The translations under genes and the position numbers were made by a program. From Candidatus Woesearchaeota archaeon (lineage in GTDB: Archaea > Nanobdellota > Nanobdellia > Woesearchaeales > GW2011-AR4): a stretch of 64,000 nucleotides of DNA. Below are positions 49,793 to 59,268 of this stretch, piece after piece. The notes under the pieces are model-generated. The model did not search any database and was not told the origin of the DNA. It was given only the letters and a program-made list of their open reading frames with translations. The first letter of the stretch is position 1; each line of letters opens with the position of its first letter. The stretch spans positions 20,412 through 84,411 of the forward strand of contig JACPMX010000006.1 of assembly GCA_016185755.1 (NCBI GenBank), read 5' to 3'.

Positions 49793-52396
49793 TTAAGCTG
49801 TTGTTGTAGCAACTGGTGCAGCTACTGTCAGCTGGTTGTTAACCTTCTTTACGGTTACTTTTGTGCCTTTTAACTGGCCTTTGTAGTCGCCGTAGTTAGC
49901 AACAACCTGTGCTGCGTTCCTTGTGTCCAATGCTGCATATCCTGCTACTAGCATTGCCACATTGCCGTTTGCATGTTCCCATACTTGGACCATACCTTCA
50001 CCAGGTGTGAAGCCTGCTGTACAGTCAGCTGGATTTCCCATGACTGTTGCTGCTGCTGCGTTTGCACATGGCCCTCCTACTAGGATGGTGTTCTGTGCTT
50101 TTACATCAGAAACCTCTGATGCCAGCTTTGCAGCTCCAACCTGGATTCTCTGCACTGTCACTGCTTCAGATGTTGATGCTCCAGCCTCGCTGAATGAAGC
50201 TCCCTTGGCTGTTATGTAAACTTGTGGGTACCTCTGCGATTCTGGGTATTCTATTGTTAGTGTAGCCGGTTCACTTGATGGTGTCTCCCTTGTTATAAAG
50301 GTACCATAGGTTGTGTAACCATAGGCTATGTTTGTCTCACCATCTGGTGTTCTTGTAGCCAACTTCTGTCCATCCTGACCTGCTGTGAAAGCAGTAACTT
50401 CAGCATGGGCAACTTTTGTGCTAGAATCCCCAGTTATATTAGCCACATAATCAAGTGGCTTGATGTTTTCCACAGTATCTTTTGCATTACCATCATACAA
50501 CGCATCAGGTGTTTTTATTGTCAAAATAATGCTGTTTTCAGCTGCTCCACCATCAGTTGAATTGACCAAGCCAATCTCTGCTCCATACCTCGTGGTAATA
50601 TTGACAAAAGAGGCATTGACATTGGTAGTCTGGAGAGCTCCACTAGCATCCATATCAACCTTCACATCAAAGTCGTTTGTTGCTATGCTGCTTGCGTTGA
50701 AAACTCTAAAGTCAGCACCTCCAAGCTTTAATGTTGCTAATTGCTGCTCGCCGCCACCTGTTCCAGCTGAATATGTTTGCTCTATGGTATTTCCTGATCC
50801 TAAGTTTTTGAACTTAAGCACAGGGTTGTCATTGCTTACTTTATCAGCACCTTTGTACTGGAGTACATATGTCTTTCTTTCTCCTCTCTTCCTCGTGCCG
50901 TCTGTCACAACAAGGTAATCATCTTTTGTGATTGTCCTATTCTCAACATTGATGAAGTTCTTGTCGGTGTCACCAAACAATATCCTGCTTGCTGCTGGTG
51001 CTTTTGCAATAGGCACATCAACCTTGTTGCCGTCTCCATCAACAAACTCAAGGTTGTACTGGCTTGAGCCGCTTGTTTTAAGCCTTATCTTTTCTGTGTT
51101 TACTTTGGTAAGTCCTTTATATTCAATGTCCCAGTTTTGTGTGAACAATACCTCTGGCTCTGCGCTTGAACCGCCTTCTGTCTTGATTACTTCACTTAAT
51201 TTTCCATTTGCTGGAACGAAGTAGTTGTCGTCAGCAGTCATGTTGACATGTATCCTCGTTAGCCTGAACGTGGAGTTGTCATCTGAGCCTTCTATTAATA
51301 CCTGTGCATCATCAATTGTGTTATCATCCACCTTAAGGCTGTTTGAGGATGTTATTGTAGACTCTTCTACATCTGTATCTTTTAGTTGTATTTTATTTGC
51401 GCCCAAGAAGAATGTTGAGCTGTGGATACCTCCAGCATAGTCCTGGTACAGCACATCGGTTACTCCGACAGTTGTGCCGTCAGCTAACTTGTCTGTGTCG
51501 CCATCCTTCATCTTTCTTGTTGTCTGCCCATTTATGACAAATTGCGCCTCGTCAGCATCAACGAAGTTTAGCGTTACTTCGTAGTCTTTTCCGCCAATGG
51601 TGTAAGACTTTGTCTGCTTTTCAATCAGTGTGTCTTTTCCTGCTCCGCCCATTAAAATCAAGTCAACACCGCCACCGCTTGTGGTTGGTCTTTTTGCAGT
51701 CACAATTGTGTATTTCTTGCCGAATAGTGTAACATCGACGTCTTGTAAATCTGTTAGGAATGTACCTGTTGAAGATGATGAACCAGCCGAATCATCAACA
51801 TCACTTTCCAATGCAGTTGTGAACTCAATCAAATACCTTCCTATCTCTCTTCCTGATTTGAAGTATAGGAAGTCTGCTGTGGCATCTGCGTCATTTTCAG
51901 AATATATAACATATCCTGTGTCTCGTGAAGTTTCTGTTCCAGTTCCTAACAAATAAAGATATTGGTTAAAAGGTGATGTTACCTTATTGTTTGTTACAGA
52001 ACCAGATGCAAGTGCTTTCAAATTATTCTTGTCTACGTAGGTTGTGATATTTCTCAGTGTTTCTATAGAGTCAGATGTAGAACCATCTTGGCTCAATTCC
52101 AAATGGTTTGATGTTCCGACTTTCCATGCATCGCCTTCAACAGCTACTGTTCCTGCTGAGGTTGTTGCTGTCTTCTTTGTTGCTGCGAACTGCAAGCTTG
52201 CAATAACATCTGAAATGCCTATGACATCTTCTGCAGCTGCCTTGTCACCCACTACTAGAACGCCGCTGAATTTTCCATCCTTTACGAATGGTGCTGGGTA
52301 ACTAGCCAAATCTGCTGCTGCGAATACTGACGAGCCAACCATAATAGCTCCTGTACCTAATGCAATCATCCTCTTTATAGCTTTTTGAAATCTCAT
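49793..52396 (-). CDS. S-layer protein
   Basis: Signal peptide, ADLASYPAPFV..VVGDKAAAEDV N-terminus and NTILVGGPCAN...LVAGY...DTR C-terminus; Thr/Asp-rich; skewed codon usage suggesting high expression; SD GGAGGTG. Confidence 0.88.
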   Translation of the reverse strand: MRFQKAIKRMIALGTGAIMVGSSVFAAADLASYPAPFVKDGKFSGVLVVGDKAAAEDVIGISDVIASLQFAATKKTATTSAGTVAVEGDAWKVGTSNHLELSQDGSTSDSIETLRNITTYVDKNNLKALASGSVTNNKVTSPFNQYLYLLGTGTETSRDTGYVIYSENDADATADFLYFKSGREIGRYLIEFTTALESDVDDSAGSSSSTGTFLTDLQDVDVTLFGKKYTIVTAKRPTTSGGGVDLILMGGAGKDTLIEKQTKSYTIGGKDYEVTLNFVDADEAQFVINGQTTRKMKDGDTDKLADGTTVGVTDVLYQDYAGGIHSSTFFLGANKIQLKDTDVEESTITSSNSLKVDDNTIDDAQVLIEGSDDNSTFRLTRIHVNMTADDNYFVPANGKLSEVIKTEGGSSAEPEVLFTQNWDIEYKGLTKVNTEKIRLKTSGSSQYNLEFVDGDGNKVDVPIAKAPAASRILFGDTDKNFINVENRTITKDDYLVVTDGTRKRGERKTYVLQYKGADKVSNDNPVLKFKNLGSGNTIEQTYSAGTGGGEQQLATLKLGGADFRVFNASSIATNDFDVKVDMDASGALQTTNVNASFVNITTRYGAEIGLVNSTDGGAAENSIILTIKTPDALYDGNAKDTVENIKPLDYVANITGDSSTKVAHAEVTAFTAGQDGQKLATRTPDGETNIAYGYTTYGTFITRETPSSEPATLTIEYPESQRYPQVYITAKGASFSEAGASTSEAVTVQRIQVGAAKLASEVSDVKAQNTILVGGPCANAAAATVMGNPADCTAGFTPGEGMVQVWEHANGNVAMLVAGYAALDTRNAAQVVANYGDYKGQLKGTKVTVKKVNNQLTVAAPVATTTA

Positions 52397-52728
52397 CGTC
52401 TAAACACCTCCAAGTGTTTTTTATTTTTTATTTGTATAATATCGTCGATGAATATTATACTCTGTAGGAACACCTCTTCTAGAAGTGCTCTTTGCTGTTA
52501 TATTTAATTATTCATATTTAAAGCTTTTGGTATTGTAGTATACTAAAATATATAGTTTTTAGCATATATATCATCTATTTTATATATGAAAATAATAGGT
52601 ATTGTGCACAGTTTATATTTGTTTTGCTTGATTTAGTTTACTTTATATGCTGTGAAAGTATGCCTTTATTCAATCAAGCACCTCGCCAACGATATATTTA
52701 TAAATGAGTTAATCTCTTAAGCAATTTG

Positions 52729-52953
52729 ATGGAAAGAGTAGTAATTGATCCTAAAATAATGCATGGAAAACCCATAATAAAAGGCACCCGCGTTCCTGTA
52801 GACATAATCCTGGGAGGCTTGATTGGCGGGATGAAATACGAGGAAATTGAAAAGGAATATGGGGTTCAAAGAGAAGATATCCTAGCTGCGATAGAGTATG
52901 CCGCAAAGTTTGTAATAGGGGAAGAAATAAAGCCGCTGAAGATGAGGGCATGA
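52729..52953 (+). CDS. DUF433-family antitoxin
   Basis: IDPKIMHGKPIIKGTRVPV...EDILAAIEYA. Confidence 0.9.
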   Translation: MERVVIDPKIMHGKPIIKGTRVPVDIILGGLIGGMKYEEIEKEYGVQREDILAAIEYAAKFVIGEEIKPLKMRA

Positions 52954-53303
52954 GATTTTTAATAGATGCAGACTCGCCGCATTCTTTGATAGGGATTTTT
53001 AAGAAACACGGGCACGATGCCGTTCATGTTAGAAGTGCATTAGGCTCTGCCACAGATAGCGAAATATTTGAATACGCCAATCAGAACAACTGCATTATAG
53101 TCACAAGGGACTTGGGATTTGCTGATGAATTTATGAAAGGCAAGGGTTTTGGATTGCTTCTCACTAGATTGCCATACCACTTTACAGTTGACAAAATCAA
53201 TCGGGTTTTTGATGAATTTCTGAAAGAAGCCAATGCCGGGGAATTAGTTAATTCTATTACGGTGCTCGAATTGGGAAGATACAGAATTAAGAAGATATTA
53301 TAG
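52950..53303 (+). CDS. DUF5615/Mut7-C-like PIN toxin
   Basis: MRFLIDAD, GHDAVHV, D.EI..YA and IIVTRDLGF. Confidence 0.88.
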   Translation: MRFLIDADSPHSLIGIFKKHGHDAVHVRSALGSATDSEIFEYANQNNCIIVTRDLGFADEFMKGKGFGLLLTRLPYHFTVDKINRVFDEFLKEANAGELVNSITVLELGRYRIKKIL

Positions 53304-53366
53304 TACCTTACGCCAGCTAAAAACAAAATAACATTTAAATAAAACCCTAAAAATACTCAAAATCAA

Positions 53367-54599
53367 ATGCCAAAACAAACAATCTCATTGTGCATGATAA
53401 CCAAGAATGAAGAAAAGTACCTGGAGCAATGCCTTAACTCTGTCAAGGGGTTAGCTGATGAAATCATCATTGTAGATACCGGCAGTACCGACAAGACAAA
53501 GGAGATAGCGAAGAAGTTCAGCGCAAAAATCATAGACTTCAAATGGATTGATGATTTCTCTGCTGCAAGGAATGAGAGCATTAAATATGCTACAAAGGAC
53601 TGGATTCTGGTGCTGGATGCTGACGAGGCTATTGAAAAAGAGGGCATCAAAGCAATAAAAGAATTGGCCAATGACAAGGAAAACGATGCATTCCTGTTTC
53701 TCCAAAAGAATTATACAAATGATTCAAAGATTGCAGGCTTTGTAAATGAAGAGCATAAAAACAAGGGCAAAACTTACCCGGGATGGTATGGCTCTTTCAT
53801 AGCAAGGCTTTTCAGGAATAAGGGCTTCAAATTTGAAGGCACGGTCCACGAGCTTGTAGAGCCGTCTATAGAAGCAAAGAAAGGCAGGATGGCAGCTGCA
53901 AACGTGGCAATCCACCATTACGGAAATGCAGATCCTGAAACAGTAAAGAAGAAAAGGAAAGCATACCTTGAGCTTTGCAGGAAAAAGCTCGGGCAAAAGG
54001 CAGATGCCTCTTCATATTACGAATGCGGCGTTTTATACAAGGAAAACAATAACTTGGATGATGCAATAAAATCATTCAGGAAAGCAATTGAATTAAATCC
54101 AAAGCACAGCATGGCATTCTATGAGCTTGGCGTCATAAGCCAGCAGCAGCAGAACTATGATGAAGCAGTCAAAAACTATACTGAATCCTTGAGGATAAAG
54201 GAAAACGCAGAGGTTTTCCAGAGCCTTGGTGTTTGCTGCCTGAAGCAGGACAAGCTGAAGGAAGCCTATAGGAACCTTGTAAAGGCCCTGCTGCTGAATC
54301 CCAACAAGTATACTATATATAATAGTATGGCCGCGGTGCAGGAAAGGCTGGGCAACTATGATTCAGCGATACAGATGGCGCAGATATCGGTAAAGCTCAA
54401 TCCTAACAATGCCATTGGCTTCTATAATCTTGGGATAGCTCTTGACAAGAAAGGAAGCTTCAGGGAATCAATTCCTGCTTACGAGAAAGCTGTTGAGCTT
54501 GGATATAAAAAAAGCGAAGAGATCAAGAAAAGAATCAATCAGCTCAAAGGCATACTTAATCTTCCCAGCTACAAGTATGGGTTTAATGTTGGCGGGTAG
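53367..54599 (+). CDS. Family 2 glycosyltransferase with TPR repeats
   Basis: ISLCMITKNEE, VDTGSTD, DFSAARN, LDADE and VHE; C-terminal TPR repeats. Confidence 0.92.
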   Translation: MPKQTISLCMITKNEEKYLEQCLNSVKGLADEIIIVDTGSTDKTKEIAKKFSAKIIDFKWIDDFSAARNESIKYATKDWILVLDADEAIEKEGIKAIKELANDKENDAFLFLQKNYTNDSKIAGFVNEEHKNKGKTYPGWYGSFIARLFRNKGFKFEGTVHELVEPSIEAKKGRMAAANVAIHHYGNADPETVKKKRKAYLELCRKKLGQKADASSYYECGVLYKENNNLDDAIKSFRKAIELNPKHSMAFYELGVISQQQQNYDEAVKNYTESLRIKENAEVFQSLGVCCLKQDKLKEAYRNLVKALLLNPNKYTIYNSMAAVQERLGNYDSAIQMAQISVKLNPNNAIGFYNLGIALDKKGSFRESIPAYEKAVELGYKKSEEIKKRINQLKGILNLPSYKYGFNVGG

Positions 54600-54600
54600 A

Positions 54601-55602
54601 TTATTTTAAGTTGTATACACCTTTCATATGCTGATACACCTTTGAGGATATCCCTCTTATTAAACTGCCCCTGTTCCATGTCCATAGTAAACCGTTAGGC
54701 GTTTGCTTTTCTATAATTGCAATAAAAATATACGGATAAAATTTACCGTCATTTCCTTGAGATTCTACGATAGCCATATCGCCTGCCACTCTTCCGCTTG
54801 TCCCTGTTCTGCTGTATATTTTTGTATTTTTTGGGATGCCCTCAACGTCCCAAACAGTCCTGTTTTTCTTAGGCAGCGACATCATTCTTTTAAGCTCTCT
54901 TGAGTAAGGAAGCTTCTCTGACCAAAGTCCTTGTAAAAACCTTTGATAATCGAGTGCTGATGCAAGATTGCTGTAATAAGACCTGCCGCTTGGAACACCT
55001 TCTACTTTTAGGCCTCTTGATTTGGCTACTATCTTGTTTTTTAAGGTTAGGGGAATATAGTCATTGATGTCAATGTTCTGAAAAATGCTTCCATACTGTG
55101 TCTTTAGTATCTTATCAACTTGAGAAGGACCGCCAAGCAGCTGCATAACCCAATTTGTAGCTACATTATCGCTTTTTTGCAGCATCATTTCCATGGCATA
55201 CTTAACTTCTTGGCTATATTGAAGTTCACGTTTTTCAACTTTATTAAAGTAGGCAAGAACAACAAACGGCTTAATCATGCTCGCAGCCTGGACTTGTTCG
55301 CTATCTTTTATTGAAACTAATTTTTGCCCTGATACCAAATCATAAACAGAAAGCGCTACATTTTCATCGGCTTTAAGCTTTTTTTGCCTTAATACTCTTA
55401 GATGCATTTGCAGTTTTTGATCAAGACTTTCGGTAACCTGTCGTGGCTGAGTAGGTCTTGTTTGTGGCTGCCTATTTCTTTGTCGTGCATAGATTCTTCT
55501 GGGCAAAGCTAATCCTGCTAAGGTACCAGCTGAGATAGTCAGAAAGCTTCTCCTATCATACCCCGGGTTATGACTTGCAGTTTCTTGTTCTAAATCTACC
55601 AT
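54601..55602 (-). CDS. Class A beta-lactamase-like serine hydrolase with Tat signal peptide
   Basis: DRRSFL twin-arginine motif; SxxK (ASMIK), SDN and RTGT in the KTG position. Confidence 0.85.
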   Translation of the reverse strand: MVDLEQETASHNPGYDRRSFLTISAGTLAGLALPRRIYARQRNRQPQTRPTQPRQVTESLDQKLQMHLRVLRQKKLKADENVALSVYDLVSGQKLVSIKDSEQVQAASMIKPFVVLAYFNKVEKRELQYSQEVKYAMEMMLQKSDNVATNWVMQLLGGPSQVDKILKTQYGSIFQNIDINDYIPLTLKNKIVAKSRGLKVEGVPSGRSYYSNLASALDYQRFLQGLWSEKLPYSRELKRMMSLPKKNRTVWDVEGIPKNTKIYSRTGTSGRVAGDMAIVESQGNDGKFYPYIFIAIIEKQTPNGLLWTWNRGSLIRGISSKVYQHMKGVYNLK

Positions 55603-55670
55603 CTAGAATAAGATTGGAAAATTTCTATTTATAAACTTTTCTATTTTTACTACTTAAAAGTAATTATAAT

Positions 55671-56522
55671 TTACCCCTGCAGAATCTTATAGAAAGTATC
55701 GAATATCGGCGTGTCTGTCACAGCCAGCTTATAGCTTATCCCGAGCTTGTTGCACACTTCCTCAATGCCTGCGCAGTGGGAATCCAGCTGCTGCTGGTAT
55801 TCCATCCTCATCCTCGGGCTTATGAAGGTGCGGAGCATGCCTTTTGTCTCGCTGTCTATCAGCTTCATGTCGCCTTCCATCTTCAGCTCTTTCTCAACCC
55901 GGTCAAGCACCTGTATTATCTTTATTTCATGGTCGCCAAGAAGGTAAAACGCCTCGCGTATCTCCTCGATATTGACCAAAAAATCAGATGCAATCACAAG
56001 CATTGACCTGCTGCCAATCACTTTCTTGTACTGCCTTACCGTGTCGAGCAATTTGGAAAATCCCTTTGGCTTTATCGAGTTCAGGTGCTGCACCATTGCA
56101 GCCAAATGGCTCATTCCTCTCCTAGGCTGGAAAATCTCAAGCTGGTCTGCAAATGTCGAGAACTGGAACTTTTCATTGTCCCGCATGGCAAGGTATGCAA
56201 ATCCAACGCCAATCATCGAGGCATAATCAAACTTGCTTACCGGCTTCCCGAAGCCCATTGACGCGCTGCCGTCTATTATTATATGCACCGTGAGGTTCCT
56301 TTCCTCCTCGTGCACTTTCAGGTAAAGGTTGTCGGTCCTTGCATAAACCTTCCAGTCTATCAGCCTTATGTCATCTCCAGGGGCATAAATCCTGTAGTCC
56401 TTGAACGTCAGCCCGTGCCCTGCAGCCGAAGACTTCCTAGGACCGCTCAAATTGGAAGTAACCCTCTTGTTTATGACCAGGTTAAACCTCGTCAGCTGGT
56501 CCAGAAAGCCCGTGTCAATCAT
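55671..56522 (-). CDS. DUF58 (vWA-like) protein
   Basis: F.DYR.Y.PGDD.R.IDWK.YAR, DGSASM and SDF; start moved to 56522. Confidence 0.92.
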   Translation of the reverse strand: MIDTGFLDQLTRFNLVINKRVTSNLSGPRKSSAAGHGLTFKDYRIYAPGDDIRLIDWKVYARTDNLYLKVHEEERNLTVHIIIDGSASMGFGKPVSKFDYASMIGVGFAYLAMRDNEKFQFSTFADQLEIFQPRRGMSHLAAMVQHLNSIKPKGFSKLLDTVRQYKKVIGSRSMLVIASDFLVNIEEIREAFYLLGDHEIKIIQVLDRVEKELKMEGDMKLIDSETKGMLRTFISPRMRMEYQQQLDSHCAGIEEVCNKLGISYKLAVTDTPIFDTFYKILQG

Positions 56523-56552
56523 TTTGTTTAGTTTATTTTGTAATTTTATATT

Positions 56553-56623
56553 TTCAATCCGCGACTTCGTCGCAATATTTAGTGCTCGGCTGCTCATTCT
56601 CTGCCAGTATTCGCAGCCTCGCC
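56553..56623 (-). repeat. Structured dispersed repeat, copy B
   Basis: GGCGAGGC..TGGCA..GCCGAGCACTAAA TATT GCGAC-GAA-GTCGC GGATTGAA. Confidence 0.8.
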
Positions 56624-56650
56624 CATTATATTCATTGATTATTGAATATT

Positions 56651-56726
56651 TCGAGGCGAAAATTAGTGCTAATCAATTTTCGCCGAGCGTAAACAGGAAA
56701 ATTTGCAAGCAAATTTTCGGATTGAA
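56651..56726 (+). repeat. Structured dispersed repeat, divergent copy E (back-to-back with B)
   Basis: CGAGGCGAAAATT..AATTTTCGCCGAGCGTAAA CAG GAAAATTTGC-AA-GCAAATTTTC GGATTGAA. Confidence 0.65.
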
Positions 56727-56749
56727 TATTTTTTTAATCCCAGATACTT

Positions 56750-57685
56750 TTATTTTATCTTGTCCAGTATCTGCTTTATGGCGTCGTCCTTTGACATGCC
56801 CTTCCTTTCAGCCTCGAAATTCAGGATTATCCTGTGCCTGAGGATCGGGTAGGCCAGCATGTTGAGGTCGTCATTGCTTACATGGTTCCTGCCCTGTATC
56901 AGCGCCCTTGCCTTTGACGCCATGATCAGGCCTATGGATGCCCTTGGAGATGCTCCGTATTGGATAATCTCCTTGTTTGCCCTTGTTGCAAGCACAATCT
57001 TCACAGCCCTCTGCTTTATGTCGTTTGCAATCGGCACCTGCCTTGTCAGCCCCTGCAAGGTAAGCAGGTGGTTCTTGTTCAGCATGACCTTCAGCTTTTG
57101 GTCCTTTGCCTCTGCAGCATATTTGTCAACAATCTGCAGCTCCTGCTCGTAAGTCGGGTAATTCACGCTTATCTTCAGCAAAAACCTGTCTGCCTGCGCC
57201 TCAGGCAATGGGTATGTCCCTTCCTGCTCGATTGGGTTTTGGGTTGCAAGCACGAAAAAGGGCAGGTCAAGTTTGAAAGTATTGGTTCCCACGGTCACTT
57301 GCTTCTCCTGCATAGCCTCAAGCAGGGCGCTTTGCGTTTTCGGAGTTGCCCTGTTTATCTCGTCTGCAAGCACTACATTTGCAAAGATAGGCCCCGGCTG
57401 GAACTTGAACTGCCTCTTTCCGGATGATTCCTCTATGATGTTGGTTCCTGTAATGTCGCTCGGCATCAGGTCGGGAGTGTTCTGTATCCTGCTGAACTTC
57501 AAGTCCATGAGCTGGGCAAGCGTCCTGACTGTAAGGGTCTTTGCCAGTCCCGGATATCCCTCAAGCAGCGCATTGCCGTCGCACAAAATAGCTATAAGAA
57601 TCTGCTCTATGATGCTCTCCTGCCCTACGATAACCTTGCCGGTCTCCTTTTGCAGCTCGTCGAAAATCTGCTTGTAATTCTTCAT
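56750..57685 (-). CDS. moxR: MoxR-family AAA+ ATPase
   Basis: LLEGYPGLAKT, TPDLMPSDITG, LADEINR, ATQNPIEQEGTYPLPEAQ.DRF and GASPR. Confidence 0.95.
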   Translation of the reverse strand: MKNYKQIFDELQKETGKVIVGQESIIEQILIAILCDGNALLEGYPGLAKTLTVRTLAQLMDLKFSRIQNTPDLMPSDITGTNIIEESSGKRQFKFQPGPIFANVVLADEINRATPKTQSALLEAMQEKQVTVGTNTFKLDLPFFVLATQNPIEQEGTYPLPEAQADRFLLKISVNYPTYEQELQIVDKYAAEAKDQKLKVMLNKNHLLTLQGLTRQVPIANDIKQRAVKIVLATRANKEIIQYGASPRASIGLIMASKARALIQGRNHVSNDDLNMLAYPILRHRIILNFEAERKGMSKDDAIKQILDKIK

Positions 57686-57828
57686 TCAGTTCACCTCAAA
57701 TTTTTTGTTTGATTTTTATTGATTTTATATGTTTGTTGTTAATCTTGCCATTGTATTTTATTATTTTTTTATGAATTTTTTATTAATGCTAATCGTCAAT
57801 GGATTTTGTTTGTTTCTTTTATTTAACT

Positions 57829-58593
57829 TTACCCTTCTGCCAGCTTCTTGAAATAGTTTTTCACCAGCTCCTGCTGCTCCTGGGGTATGTTCTCCTCGTA
57901 TGCAGCTGTTTCCTTGACTGCAAGCTCCTGAGGGAACACTGTCTCGAATTTCTGCTGCTGGAAATCGCCCTCTTCTTTCACGTTAATCTTGAAGTCAACG
58001 GGCTTTATCCTTATGTTCAGCTCATTGTCGCCCAGCTTTGCCACGTCCTCCTTGCCGTATATGTCATCGCTTGTGTTCAGCTTTGTGGCAACAAAATTTC
58101 CGACGCCTTTCGGCCCTTCAAATATGTCCGGGACCCTGTTCTTGGCAAATTCCAGGAACTTGATGTTTAGCGTTGTCGCAAATATTATCATGAACGATAG
58201 GACCATCACCGCGAATATCTTGTAGGACAGTGTTCTTGGGTTGATGAACATCGACAATCCGACATTTTTCATCTCGCTTGTAACCTCGTATTCAAGCTCC
58301 TCAACAATTGGGTTGCTCATCCCTATGTTGTCGGCTGCAGTCCTCAATTTTTCCCTCAAAGGAGCATACTTGCTCTCGACAATGCCGGGCTTGTACGACC
58401 TGAAGCTCATGTAGGAATAAAATCCCAAATATCCGAGCGCAGGTATCAGCGCAAGAAGCGGAGGCATGTCAAAAATTGACAACGCAAGATAAAAAGACAG
58501 GAACACAAGGGTCGTGTTTACGATGTTCTCGAACAGTATCATCTCTGTCAAGGTCCTGTTGATTTCCTTTACAACATCTCCGAATTGTTTCAT
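57829..58593 (-). CDS. Conserved membrane protein of the MoxR/vWA operon
   Basis: Two TM helices, E..Y..LREKLRTAADN, a third TM helix and C-terminal IP....ELVKNYF. Confidence 0.75.
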   Translation of the reverse strand: MKQFGDVVKEINRTLTEMILFENIVNTTLVFLSFYLALSIFDMPPLLALIPALGYLGFYSYMSFRSYKPGIVESKYAPLREKLRTAADNIGMSNPIVEELEYEVTSEMKNVGLSMFINPRTLSYKIFAVMVLSFMIIFATTLNIKFLEFAKNRVPDIFEGPKGVGNFVATKLNTSDDIYGKEDVAKLGDNELNIRIKPVDFKINVKEEGDFQQQKFETVFPQELAVKETAAYEENIPQEQQELVKNYFKKLAEG

Positions 58594-58594
58594 G

Positions 58595-59098
58595 TCAGCA
58601 GCTCCCCTCGTCTGTATCAACCTTTTCCTTGAGGCATTTTACTTTGTTGTCAAGCTTTGTGACATCTGATTTCAGGTTGTTAACCTGCCTGGTAAGCTCC
58701 TGCGCAAGCTGAACCTGGGCAGCAAGCTGGCTTTTGGTTGAGCCAAGCTCAGATACCGTCGCGGACAGCTGGGTTTTTGTGCTTGTCAACTCCGTTTCAA
58801 GCTTTTTCTTGTCTGTTTCAAGCTGCGACCTTTGGCTTTCTGTGTCCACGTATTTCTTGCTCAGGTCATCTTCCTTCTGCTTCTTGAGCTGGAGCTGTAT
58901 GCTGGTTTCATTCAGCTGGCCTCTTTTTGATTCCAGCTCATTGCTCACTTTCTCAAGCTCATTCAGCTTTATCTCGTAGCTTTTGGAAACGTTCTTGAAA
59001 GTTGTCTGGTAATAGACCGTGAAGCCGCTGAACATCAGCAGCGCAGCCACTATCAGCAGCAGCAGGCCCAGATTGACGTCTTTTTTCATTACTCCCAT
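58595..59098 (-). CDS. Membrane-anchored coiled-coil protein
   Basis: N-terminal TM helix followed by long heptad repeats. Confidence 0.75.
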   Translation of the reverse strand: MGVMKKDVNLGLLLLIVAALLMFSGFTVYYQTTFKNVSKSYEIKLNELEKVSNELESKRGQLNETSIQLQLKKQKEDDLSKKYVDTESQRSQLETDKKKLETELTSTKTQLSATVSELGSTKSQLAAQVQLAQELTRQVNNLKSDVTKLDNKVKCLKEKVDTDEGSC

Positions 59099-59268
59099 TT
59101 TTTGTCGCCTCTTTATTTTGACATTTTATAATTTTTATGTTATTTAATTTGTTGTTTTTTGCTGATTTTTAATGGATTTTGTTAATGTTGATATTTATTG
59201 GATTTTTAGTAAATTTGCTTTTTTACTCTCTTTATTGGGTTTTTTTGTTAATGGTTATATTTTATTTT

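Noticed and set aside
56523-56597. N-terminal extension of DUF58 in the ORF track
   Set aside because: It runs through repeat copy B; the domain starts at MIDTGFL (56522).
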